A stretch of 27,435 nt of DNA, taken from contig JAPDJI010000031.1 in assembly GCA_029259155.1 (NCBI GenBank), forward strand, positions 1-27,435, read 5' to 3'. Each line of letters starts with the position of its first letter. Positions within the stretch are counted from its first letter, which is position 1. The translations under genes and the position numbers were made by a program. This document shows, one piece after another, positions 15,118 to 23,418 of this stretch. The notes beneath the pieces were generated by a model that made no database searches, had not been told where the DNA came from, and saw only the letters and a list, made by a program, of their open reading frames with translations. The DNA is from Candidatus Methanomethylicia archaeon (GTDB lineage Archaea; Thermoproteota; Methanomethylicia; Nezhaarchaeales; B40-G2).

Positions 15118-17148
15118 ATGGCGGAGCAGGGATGCATCGTTGGTGTGGATATCGATCCTGGCAGCAGTCCGCTTTCCTCCAAGGCTCCTCGTTTCTCTAT
15201 GGCTGTGCTGAGCTCCAACGGCTCATTGCTATCTAAAGCTGAGGGTGTAGGGCTTCGAAGCTTAATTAGGAGGCTTTGGAGGCTTAAGCCGACCATACTT
15301 GCCGTGGACAACATATACGAGATAGCTAAGGACTTTAAAGACCTAGTACGCCTCCTGCGTACGCTACCTGAAGGACTTAAACTTGTTCAAGTAACTGGAA
15401 CCCCCCGTGACCCTAAACCTTTAACTGAAGTTGCGGCCTCCTACGGCCTTAAGATACCGGCAAAACCTACACCTCTACAAAGCGCAATCGCTGTAGCTAA
15501 ACTAGCTCTAATGGGAGCAGGCTTTGAAGTAAAGGTCTTTGAGCCTGAGACTAGGATAGTGATCTCTAGGGCGAGGAGTTATGGTGCTGGAGGTATGAGC
15601 TTTGACCGCTTTAAGAGAGATGCTAGGTCGCTTGTCTTACAGGCTACGCGTGAGCTCTGCGAGGAGCTTAGATCGAGAGGGTTGGACTACGATCTTTTTA
15701 CGAGAGGGTCTCGGAGAGGGTTTGATAGAAGCTTAGTAGTGGTGTATGCTCCCAAAGGAATGTTAAGAGGGGCGGTTAAATCTATTGAGGAGAAGGGGGT
15801 GAAGGTAAAGGTCTTTGAACCCTCCTCCGAGGAAATTCGTTTCATTCCGAGGGAAGGCTCTGACCTTATTCGGGCTAAACAGGGGAGGTACCTTATTATC
15901 GGTGTTGATCCTGGAATGGTTACAGGCTTAGCTATACTGGACCTGCGTGGAAGGCCTTTACTGTTGGTCAGTAGGCGTTCAATGGATAGACTGTCTATAT
16001 CTCGTCTTATCCTGGACTACGGGTCCCCCCTCATAGTAGCTTCCGACGTGAATCCTCCTCCAACTTTAGTAGAGAAACTTTCATCGATGCTGCGGGTTAT
16101 CCTCCATTATCCTTCATATTCGCTCACGGTCGAGGAGAAACGTAGATTAACCATGGAGGCCGAGGAGAACTATGGCATTAGGGTTAAGGATAGTCATCAA
16201 AGAGACGCGTTAGCTGCTGCTTTAAAGGCCTATATGCACTACAAAAATAAGCTTGAACAGGTAGAGGCTCACCTAAGGGCATCTGGCTTAAAAGTACCTC
16301 TTGACGAAGCCAAAGCTCTGGTGATTAAAGGCCTTAGTATACAAGAAGCTTTGAGGAGGCTGGTTAAGACGGAGGCAGAGGAGCCTCCTTCACCGCCTTT
16401 TACGCCATCTACATCAAGCAAGGTCAAGGAGGAGATTAAGGCTTTACAGGAGAAGCTGTTGAAACAACAGAACTATATAGATAAGCTTGAAGCTGAACGT
16501 GAACGTCTCTTAAACAGGGTCGAGGAGTTAACGAACAAGGTTGAAGAACTTGAACAAGCATTATCTAGGCAGCGGAGTGAACAGGCCTTAAAGATTAAGG
16601 AGACCATGGAGGTCAAGAAGCTTGAGGCTCAGGTCGAGAGCCTCAAGGCCTTATTATCAAAGATAGAGGCTGAACTCTCCTCCTTGCAGGATGAGGTAGC
16701 TAAGTGGAAGGAGTTTACAATAAACTCCTTAAGAGGGATTTATAGGCTGATAAAACCTATCAACGCTCTTACACCTTCAGGCGTAGCTGAGGCCGTTAAG
16801 GAATACTCTATAGGAAGAGGCGACTTGGTCCTGATACGTGATGCGGCTAGCGGAAATAGAGAAGCTGCTGAAGCTTTAGTTAAGTTACGTGTAGCTGGAG
16901 TAATTTCGTTAACTCCCATACCTCTAAGCGCTAAGGAAGTATTCATTAAAGGCTCTCTGCCGTTTCTCGAGGAACCTGAGCTTGAAGTTAACTGGCTTAG
17001 AGGGCTTCCTTTCCTGCCTGCTGAGCCGCTGGATAGATTGATGAAGCAAGCTAAGGAAAAAGTCGAAGAGGAAAGCAGAAGGCTGGCTAGGTCTTCGCTA
17101 TCTAAGGTTCTTGAAGAGTATAGGCAAGAACGCTTGACGAAAACTTGA
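15118..17148 (+). CDS. DUF460-family protein: RNase H-like domains plus a long coiled coil
   Basis: IVGVDIDPG, ILAVDNIYE, IIGVDPGMVTGLAILDL, IVASDVNP, HQRDALAAA, heptad-rich region at aa ~435-535, and terminal LEEYRQER. Confidence 0.85.
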   Translation: MAEQGCIVGVDIDPGSSPLSSKAPRFSMAVLSSNGSLLSKAEGVGLRSLIRRLWRLKPTILAVDNIYEIAKDFKDLVRLLRTLPEGLKLVQVTGTPRDPKPLTEVAASYGLKIPAKPTPLQSAIAVAKLALMGAGFEVKVFEPETRIVISRARSYGAGGMSFDRFKRDARSLVLQATRELCEELRSRGLDYDLFTRGSRRGFDRSLVVVYAPKGMLRGAVKSIEEKGVKVKVFEPSSEEIRFIPREGSDLIRAKQGRYLIIGVDPGMVTGLAILDLRGRPLLLVSRRSMDRLSISRLILDYGSPLIVASDVNPPPTLVEKLSSMLRVILHYPSYSLTVEEKRRLTMEAEENYGIRVKDSHQRDALAAALKAYMHYKNKLEQVEAHLRASGLKVPLDEAKALVIKGLSIQEALRRLVKTEAEEPPSPPFTPSTSSKVKEEIKALQEKLLKQQNYIDKLEAERERLLNRVEELTNKVEELEQALSRQRSEQALKIKETMEVKKLEAQVESLKALLSKIEAELSSLQDEVAKWKEFTINSLRGIYRLIKPINALTPSGVAEAVKEYSIGRGDLVLIRDAASGNREAAEALVKLRVAGVISLTPIPLSAKEVFIKGSLPFLEEPELEVNWLRGLPFLPAEPLDRLMKQAKEKVEEESRRLARSSLSKVLEEYRQERLTKT

Positions 17149-17153
17149 TCGCG

Positions 17154-18371
17154 TTAACATATAGGTATTCTTCCATAGGCCAGGTCTTCACAGAACTTAT
17201 CTATATTGCTTAATTCGCTCTCTATGACCTCCCTTACCTGAGCTTTAACGTCCCTCATTCTAACTCCAGGCTTCAATACGAGTTGAGCCACAGCTACTCT
17301 AGGTTTATCGATGGGTTCACCTATCCTACTAAGTAGCCAAACATATACTTCCTTCAACCCTGGGACTTTCATGTATATCGACTCGGCCATATGATGTGTG
17401 AGCAAGTTGTAGATCTTGCCTACGTGTGATACAGGGTTCTTTCCAGCAGCGGCCTCTGAGCTTACAGGTCGGTTTAGAGGTATTACCCCGTTGACCCTGT
17501 TGCCTCTACCGACCTGCCCACAGTCAGCGCCGTCTGCTGAAATACCTAGTACCGTTAAGTAAACTCCTCCTACCCCTCTCCCTCTTTTGTCGAGGGTATT
17601 TAGCTCAACTTTTACGTTGTCGAAGTAGGAATTTTCCTTCACGAACTCCTTGATACTTTCTAAGACCTCTTCTTTACGTTTGAAATAAGTATCTTCGCTG
17701 TCTATGAAGCGGTCGACGAAGGCCATAGCTACGGTGAGTTCTACTTTATCTCCGCGTCTAAAGCCCATCACCTTAACATCTTCGCCCGTCTCAGGGTGCC
17801 TTTGCTTAAATTCCTTTGAGTTTAAGAAACGTTCCACTTCAAAAACCAGTTTCTCGGTCTTAGTGAGTGGAGCGTAGCCTACGGCGGCTGAAGTATCGTT
17901 AGCCCCAAGTACCTTCCTGCCTTTACTTCTCCTCTTAAAGATGTCGGTTAAAGCTTCTGAGCCTTTCTTGATCTCGATCTGGTACCTCATGTGTTCTTCA
18001 GGGTCAACAAACCTAAGGTTTTCCTTAATCCACTGTTTTGCGGCATTTACCACTATTTCCCCAACGGGGATTACGTCTTCATCGACGTTGAAAGTGGCTC
18101 GATCCCCGAACACCAATAGCATGGGCTTCTTTACGGTTCCTCCGCCGAACCTTACTTCAACTTCACCTGCTGCCAATAGCCCTTTGTCTAAGTTATGGTG
18201 CATGATAGTGCCTACTTTCTTAACGTATTCTTTAGATAGCTCCACGGAGGCCCGGTTCATGATGGAGTCACATATGTAGTCAGGGTGCCCAAGCCCTTTT
18301 CGTTCGACGATCTCTACGCGCTGCTCTTCCACTGATGGTTGCTTTAAGCTCTCTACTATGACGTTGCCCAT
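17154..18371 (-). CDS. mat: Archaeal-type S-adenosylmethionine synthetase
   Basis: EIVERKGLGHPDYICD, HHNLDK, ANDTS, GEDVKVM, GQVGRGNRVNG, EAAAGKNPVSHVGKIYN. Confidence 0.97.
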   Translation of the reverse strand: MGNVIVESLKQPSVEEQRVEIVERKGLGHPDYICDSIMNRASVELSKEYVKKVGTIMHHNLDKGLLAAGEVEVRFGGGTVKKPMLLVFGDRATFNVDEDVIPVGEIVVNAAKQWIKENLRFVDPEEHMRYQIEIKKGSEALTDIFKRRSKGRKVLGANDTSAAVGYAPLTKTEKLVFEVERFLNSKEFKQRHPETGEDVKVMGFRRGDKVELTVAMAFVDRFIDSEDTYFKRKEEVLESIKEFVKENSYFDNVKVELNTLDKRGRGVGGVYLTVLGISADGADCGQVGRGNRVNGVIPLNRPVSSEAAAGKNPVSHVGKIYNLLTHHMAESIYMKVPGLKEVYVWLLSRIGEPIDKPRVAVAQLVLKPGVRMRDVKAQVREVIESELSNIDKFCEDLAYGRIPIC

Positions 18372-18384
18372 GGGGAGGCCTCCG

Positions 18385-18618
18385 TCAACGTCTAGTTAGA
18401 GTTATCCAGAGGATGTTATTGCCTCTTATGAGCACCTTTCCATACTTAACTGCTGCGTTGGATTCTGAGTCATCCACTTCCTCGGCATCTGTTAAGATTA
18501 AGTTCATGTAGTTGTCACAGCGTTCAAGCTTACCTCTACAGGTCCTTCCATCCTTCAGCTTAACTAAAACTTCCTCATTAAGGTTCCTTGAAAGGAGCTT
18601 GAGAGGCTCCGTCTTCAC
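18385..18618 (-). CDS. Sm-like archaeal protein (SmAP/Lsm)
   Basis: Sm1 motif VLVKLKDGRTCRGKLERCDNYMNLILTDAEE and Sm2 motif VLIRGNNI; directly upstream of mat; SD AGGAGG. Confidence 0.95.
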   Translation of the reverse strand: MKTEPLKLLSRNLNEEVLVKLKDGRTCRGKLERCDNYMNLILTDAEEVDDSESNAAVKYGKVLIRGNNILWITLTRR

Positions 18619-18644
18619 TTGCTCGCTACCTCCTTCCTCGTTGT

Positions 18645-18664
18645 GCCTCCACTGCAGTGGAGGC
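18645..18664. repeat. Perfect 20-bp palindrome GCCTCCACTGCAGTGGAGGC
   Basis: Read directly; lies between the minus-strand TATA-like TTTAAATA (18672-18679) and the lsm start. Confidence 0.9.
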
Positions 18665-18809
18665 TAAGGCTTATTTAAACCTAGGGCCTCCTAAGCGCCT
18701 CTTGCTCAAACGAGTTTTCCTTGAGATAAGCTTATAGTCAGGTTCCGCGCTATTACCTCGAGCCTCATCATTCATGGCGGCTCGGAACTAGGGTGAAGGA
18801 GGATAGTGT

Positions 18810-20099
18810 TTGACTAGAACGCAAATAGACATAGCTCGAAGCGGCGGTGTTAGTGAGGAAGTTAAAAAAGTGGCTATGTTAGAGGGGGTTCCAGAGGATT
18901 GGTTAGCTCAGCGTGTAGCTAGAGGTACTGTTGTGATACTTAAGGGCTCTACACGAAATCCTAAACCGGTGGCTGTAGGTGAGGGTTTAAAGGTTAAGGT
19001 TAACGTAAATGTGGGGACTTCTCAAGACCTATGCGACCCTAAAATGGAGCTTGAAAAGGCTAAGCTCTCTGTCAAGTATGGTGCAGACACTGTTATGGAC
19101 CTTTCAACCTCTGAGCCTATAGCGGCGGTTAGAAGGCTCCTACTTAATGAACTTGAGGTCCCCGTGGGCACTGTGCCTATCTATGAGGCAGCGATAAAGG
19201 CGGTCGGAAAAGGGGGAGCTGTAGTCGACATGAGTATGGACGACATGTTTAACGCCATCGAGGAGCATGCGAAGGACGGCGTAGGCTTCATGACAATCCA
19301 TGCCGGTGTAACGAAGCATGTGGTGGAGGGGTTAAAGGAACACCCTAGATTAACAGGTATTGTTAGCAGGGGAGGAGCTTTTCTAGCTGCCTGGATTTTA
19401 CATAATGAGCAGGAGAACCCGCTATACGCTAACTTTGATTATCTGCTTGAGATGGCTAGGGAGTACGATTTTGCTATAAGTCTAGGCGATGGGCTTAGAC
19501 CAGGTTGTCAAGCGGATGCTCAAGACTGGGCACAGATGAGTGAGCTTCTCGTTATTGCTTCGCTGGTCAAGAAGGCTAGGAGAGCAGGTGTTCAAACTAT
19601 TGTAGAAGGACCGGGCCACATGCCTCTCGACCAGATAGAGCCAAACGTTAAGGTATCTAAGCAGCTAACGGGCAATGCTCCTCTCTATACGCTTGGCCCC
19701 CTCGTAACTGATGTAGCGCCTGGCTATGACCATATAGCGCTCGCCATAGGCGGAGCGGTGGCAGCAGCTGCTGGTGTAGATTTCTTATGTGCTGTTTACA
19801 GGTCGGAGCATCTAAGCCTACCTCTCCCTGAGGATGTTAAGGATAGCGTAATTGCTACAAGGATAGCGGCGCATGCAGCCGATATCGTTAGGATAGGTGA
19901 TCGTGCTCTCAAATGGGATTACGAAATTTCTAAGGCTAGAGCGAAGCTGGATTGGAGGTCTCAGTTTAAACTAGCCATGGACCCTGAAGAGGCGGAGCGT
20001 ATACATAACAGGGTTCCATCGCGTAGCGGTGCATGTTCAGTATGCGGCAAGTACTGTGTCTTCCTAGTGTTATCCCGCTACTTGAGCTCTAAAGGTTAA
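18810..20099 (+). CDS. ThiC/BzaAB-family radical SAM enzyme (phosphomethylpyrimidine synthase or 5-hydroxybenzimidazole synthase paralog)
   Basis: KVNVNVGTS, ADTVMDLS, GTVPIY, VSRGG, SLGDGLRPG, EGPGH, APGYDHI, EHL, and C-terminal CSVCGKYC (CX2CX4C). SD AGGAGG precedes the TTG. Confidence 0.9.
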   Translation: MTRTQIDIARSGGVSEEVKKVAMLEGVPEDWLAQRVARGTVVILKGSTRNPKPVAVGEGLKVKVNVNVGTSQDLCDPKMELEKAKLSVKYGADTVMDLSTSEPIAAVRRLLLNELEVPVGTVPIYEAAIKAVGKGGAVVDMSMDDMFNAIEEHAKDGVGFMTIHAGVTKHVVEGLKEHPRLTGIVSRGGAFLAAWILHNEQENPLYANFDYLLEMAREYDFAISLGDGLRPGCQADAQDWAQMSELLVIASLVKKARRAGVQTIVEGPGHMPLDQIEPNVKVSKQLTGNAPLYTLGPLVTDVAPGYDHIALAIGGAVAAAAGVDFLCAVYRSEHLSLPLPEDVKDSVIATRIAAHAADIVRIGDRALKWDYEISKARAKLDWRSQFKLAMDPEEAERIHNRVPSRSGACSVCGKYCVFLVLSRYLSSKG

Positions 20100-20361
20100 G
20101 GTAGTCATTAATCCCTGCTTGTCCTTTACCCGTTAGCCTCCACTGATGGGGAGGCTTCCCCTCCCTCTTCACGATACCCTCTTTTTCAAGGTTTCTCAAC
20201 TGTAGACGAACTGTAGCGTAGCTGAGCCCTGTTCTACGGGCTATTTCCTTGGCCGTTAAGCTTTCGCGCCTCAACGCCGAGATTATGATACTTCTAGCTT
20301 CAATACCTCTCTTCACGTTTCTTATCACTCTGAGATAAGCCCTTGGCTCCACCGAGTTCAA
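20089..20361 (-). CDS. Small winged-HTH DNA-binding protein
   Basis: LTAKEIARRTGLSYATVRLQLRNLEKEGIV HTH followed by wing WRLTGKG. Confidence 0.85.
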   Translation of the reverse strand: MNSVEPRAYLRVIRNVKRGIEARSIIISALRRESLTAKEIARRTGLSYATVRLQLRNLEKEGIVKREGKPPHQWRLTGKGQAGINDYLNL

Positions 20362-20364
20362 GGA

Positions 20365-20907
20365 TTACACCTTAACGCATAGGGTCATTAAGTCAGGTAT
20401 TCCTTCGAGGTCTAAGATGGTTTCAACTTTAAATCCTGATATCTTAAGCCGCTGCCTGAACCTTGAGCTTCCTTCAGCTTTTTTAAGGAACGTGATGAAA
20501 GCTTTCCCTCCTCTGTTTAAAACTCTAAAGGCTTCCTTTAACCCTTTAACGGGGTTGCTCAGGTTCTGTAGTACGGTGATGAGAAATACTGCCTCGAAGC
20601 TTTCATTCTTGAATGGTAGAGCTTCGGCATCGGCAACCACGAGCATTACACCCTTATCAACTCTATGCTTTGCTACTTCAAGCATGTTACGTGAAATATC
20701 GACGCCGACCGCTAGATGGTCTATCTGAGCTAGTTTTTCTAATAGAAGTCCTGTACCACATCCTACGTCGAGGACCTTAGCCCCCAAATCTGGGTTAACG
20801 AGACTTAAAGCTATGACGTGTTTCTTCAGTTGCTCAGGGAAGTAAAGTTCATCGTAGAACCTGGAGGCTTCATCATAATGCTTTACGACGCTTTTCTTCC
20901 TAGACAT
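20365..20907 (-). CDS. Class I SAM-dependent methyltransferase
   Basis: VLDVGCGTG, GVDIS, ADAEALPF, FRVL. ATG at 20907 is preferred because the 20952 start abuts the divergent cyaB start and leaves no room for a promoter. Confidence 0.88.
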   Translation of the reverse strand: MSRKKSVVKHYDEASRFYDELYFPEQLKKHVIALSLVNPDLGAKVLDVGCGTGLLLEKLAQIDHLAVGVDISRNMLEVAKHRVDKGVMLVVADAEALPFKNESFEAVFLITVLQNLSNPVKGLKEAFRVLNRGGKAFITFLKKAEGSSRFRQRLKISGFKVETILDLEGIPDLMTLCVKV

Positions 20908-20952
20908 TGTGTACGTTAAAATTAAAGCTTTGAGGCTAAATATAAACGTCAT

Positions 20953-21498
20953 ATGCGCATAGAGCTTGAAATAAAGATCCCTGTCGCTTCTCTAGAAGGT
21001 TTAGAGAGTTCCTTAAGCATTTTAGGCGCTAAGCTTCTCTCAGACGAGGAGCAAGTAGACGTTTACTTTCAACATCCATGTAGAGACTTAGCTTCCACTG
21101 ATGAAGCGTTAAGGGTGAGGAGGGTTAATGGAGCTGTCTGGTTAACCTATAAGGGACCTAAAATTGGCACAGCATACAAGGTTAGGCGTGAAGAAGAGGT
21201 TATGGTTTCAAGCTTCGAATCCATAATTAGCTTACTGCAACTCTTAGGGTTCAGAGAGGTGGCCGTACTTAAGAAACGAAGGATGGTATATGAAGTAGAA
21301 AGACTTAGGGTCTATTTGGATCATGTGGAGGGTCTAGGCTCCTTCGTGGAGGTGGAGGCTTTAACAACCGAGGACCAGGAAAGAACCATGCTAGAAGCTA
21401 AGTTAAGGGAACTTGCTGAACGCCTTAATCTTCCTCTAGAGAAGGCTACGACCAAATCCTATATGGAGCTTTACTTAGAGAAAGGTGGAGTAGGTTGA
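20953..21498 (+). CDS. cyaB: CYTH-domain protein (CyaB-type class IV adenylate cyclase / triphosphate tunnel metalloenzyme)
   Basis: ExExK (ELEIK), DVYF, ALRVR, LTYKGPK, LDHVEGLGSFVEVE, SYMEL. Confidence 0.9.
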   Translation: MRIELEIKIPVASLEGLESSLSILGAKLLSDEEQVDVYFQHPCRDLASTDEALRVRRVNGAVWLTYKGPKIGTAYKVRREEEVMVSSFESIISLLQLLGFREVAVLKKRRMVYEVERLRVYLDHVEGLGSFVEVEALTTEDQERTMLEAKLRELAERLNLPLEKATTKSYMELYLEKGGVG

Positions 21499-22292
21499 TA
21501 ACCGACATACTCGAGAAGCTTATGAGAAGGGAGATAGATGTACGTGAAGCTGAAGCATTAATTAGACAGGCTTTGCTTAGAACTGAAGTCCTAGATAATC
21601 TCGTAAGGCTTGATGTAGGTAGGGAGTTGAGGAGAGCTGTACCTGAAATTATACTGGCTAAAGGTAAACCCGTAGAGCTCCTGGTGAAAACAGCTTTGAA
21701 GCTAGCTTCACTCTCTGGAAGAGCTATCGTTAGCAAGGCGAAGAAGATACATGCGGAAGCTATTGCAGCTAAGGCTGGGAAGGATTTTGATGTGGTTTTT
21801 CATGAAAAAGCGAGCATTGTGGTTGTTAGGCATCGAGGCCAAGAGTTTCCTAAGGTAGGAGGTAAGGTAGGTATCATAACTGCTGGGTCGGCTGACGTGA
21901 AGGTTGCTGAAGAGGCGAAGGTGATAGTTGAAGAGTTTGGCTGTGAGGTATACGGAGCATATGATGTGGGAGTTGCAGGTCTTCATAGGTTGATTGAACC
22001 TTTATCCAGAATGCTTAAAGAAGGTGTGGATGTACTTATAGTAGCTGCTGGAAGGGAGGGGGCATTACCAGCTGTTGTGGCTGGCCTTGTCGATATTCCA
22101 GTTATAGGTCTACCTGTTTCCACAGGTGAAGGTATGGGGGGGTCAGGTGTAGCGGCATTACTTTCAATGCTTCAAAGTTGTAGTCTAGGGCTAGCCGTGG
22201 TCAATATTGATGGTGGGGTAGCTGCTGGAGTAGTGGCAGCGTTGATCGCGCGTCGGGCGGCTTTGAAGCGTCATCGGGAAGGAGGAGATTAA
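21495..22292 (+). CDS. larB: LarB-like (PurE-fold) nickel-pincer cofactor biosynthesis carboxylase/hydrolase
   Basis: RLDVGRELRRAVPEII, TAGSAD..VAEEA, DVGVAGLHRL, AGREGALP, PVSTG, MLQSCSLGLAVVNID. Confidence 0.88.
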   Translation: MITDILEKLMRREIDVREAEALIRQALLRTEVLDNLVRLDVGRELRRAVPEIILAKGKPVELLVKTALKLASLSGRAIVSKAKKIHAEAIAAKAGKDFDVVFHEKASIVVVRHRGQEFPKVGGKVGIITAGSADVKVAEEAKVIVEEFGCEVYGAYDVGVAGLHRLIEPLSRMLKEGVDVLIVAAGREGALPAVVAGLVDIPVIGLPVSTGEGMGGSGVAALLSMLQSCSLGLAVVNIDGGVAAGVVAALIARRAALKRHREGGD

Positions 22293-23071
22293 GTGTAATC
22301 CAGTATCTTTTTGCCTTCAGGCTTCTTCTTCAATAACTCCCAGCAGGCTTTAGGGTCTATACGTGTGAAGTTGAAACCTAGTTGCCTAGCTAATGTTAAG
22401 CTTTCCTTCGTGATAGATGGTCCAGCTATTATACCTCTGACCTTTCGTGGGGTTCTAGCCCTCAAGGTGTCGACGTATCGCTTAAGTTGTAAGACAGCAT
22501 CTTTTCCAATCTTGACTCTCTTGAGCTCTACGACTACTAGGTTTCCATCTTTATCCTCTCCTACGAGATCGGCAAACCCTTCAAACCCATCTAGCGTCAT
22601 GGTTTTCTCTACGCTGAGAGGTTTAAAGCCTGATTCAACTAGCTCGGGCCTTAGTAAGATGGCTTTGCGCATGTCCTCTTCAGAAGCGTACAGTATGAAA
22701 TCCTCCTCGTCGACTAGGTTCGTGGATGCCAAGAAGTATACTTGAATTAAAGACACGGTCAACTCTTCAGGGGGCCTACGACGTATAGACACTAGGTTCA
22801 ATCGTTCTTTGCTTTCCACTACGTTGAGGAGGGCTCCTGGAGGCATCCAGTTTACAGGCTCATAGCCCTTTGATCTATGCACCATGAATGAGCCGTCAGG
22901 CTTACTTATGATTATTCTATCGCCCAACCCTAAGCTTGAGGATGCTCTACCGTAATATGAAACCCCACACCTCCCGATGAGCACTAATACCTTTCCCTCC
23001 TTCACCGCGTGCTTAATGATGGCCGAAGCCTCGCTAAGAGAAGGATTGATCAGTACTTCCTGTTCATCCAC
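22289..23071 (-). CDS. nucS: Mismatch-specific endonuclease NucS/EndoMS
   Basis: YYGRASS, KPDGSFMVH, PVNWMPPG, ADLVGED..GNLVVVELKR, AVLQLKRY (RecB-like nuclease motifs). Confidence 0.95.
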   Translation of the reverse strand: MDEQEVLINPSLSEASAIIKHAVKEGKVLVLIGRCGVSYYGRASSSLGLGDRIIISKPDGSFMVHRSKGYEPVNWMPPGALLNVVESKERLNLVSIRRRPPEELTVSLIQVYFLASTNLVDEEDFILYASEEDMRKAILLRPELVESGFKPLSVEKTMTLDGFEGFADLVGEDKDGNLVVVELKRVKIGKDAVLQLKRYVDTLRARTPRKVRGIIAGPSITKESLTLARQLGFNFTRIDPKACWELLKKKPEGKKILDYT

Positions 23072-23226
23072 ACCTTAAGCCTCCTCTAAAGAGTCGGCGC
23101 AGAGATTAAATATCCTTTAAAGAGGGGCTGGGCAGGGCGACTACGCATCCATTAACGCTTGGACAAGACATTAGCAGCACGATTCGCGAAATAATAGATA
23201 GCATCTTCAATCTCTTCCAGGACTCT

Positions 23227-23418
23227 ATGCTCTACTTCCTATCGAAGCTTCTAGGGATTGTGATATTAGTTGCGAGGGCGTCTTACATCATTCTAGGTTT
23301 GCTAGGGCTTTTCCTATGGCTAAGCCATCTTTCCCCTTACCGAGGGAAGGGGATGGTTTTCGGATCAATAATAATGGCTATAGTGGCTGAAGTAGCGGCG
23401 AGAATTTTTCTAGTTTAA
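23227..23418 (+). CDS. Small two-TM membrane protein; frame is open upstream to 23110, so the real protein may be longer
   Basis: Two hydrophobic segments separated by SPYRGKG. The in-frame upstream sequence DISSTIREIIDSIFNLFQDS is amphipathic and protein-like. Confidence 0.65.
   Translation: MLYFLSKLLGIVILVARASYIILGLLGLFLWLSHLSPYRGKGMVFGSIIMAIVAEVAARIFLV

Noticed and set aside
16420-16720. Repetitive-looking E/K/L-rich stretch in the DUF460 gene
   Set aside because: It reflects coiled-coil heptads at protein level; no nucleotide tandem repeat was seen.
18700-18809. TPP riboswitch upstream of the thiC-like gene
   Set aside because: GAACCTGA and TAAT..GCG words occur only on the antisense strand and in the wrong order; the sense strand lacks the CUGAGA...ACCUGA core.
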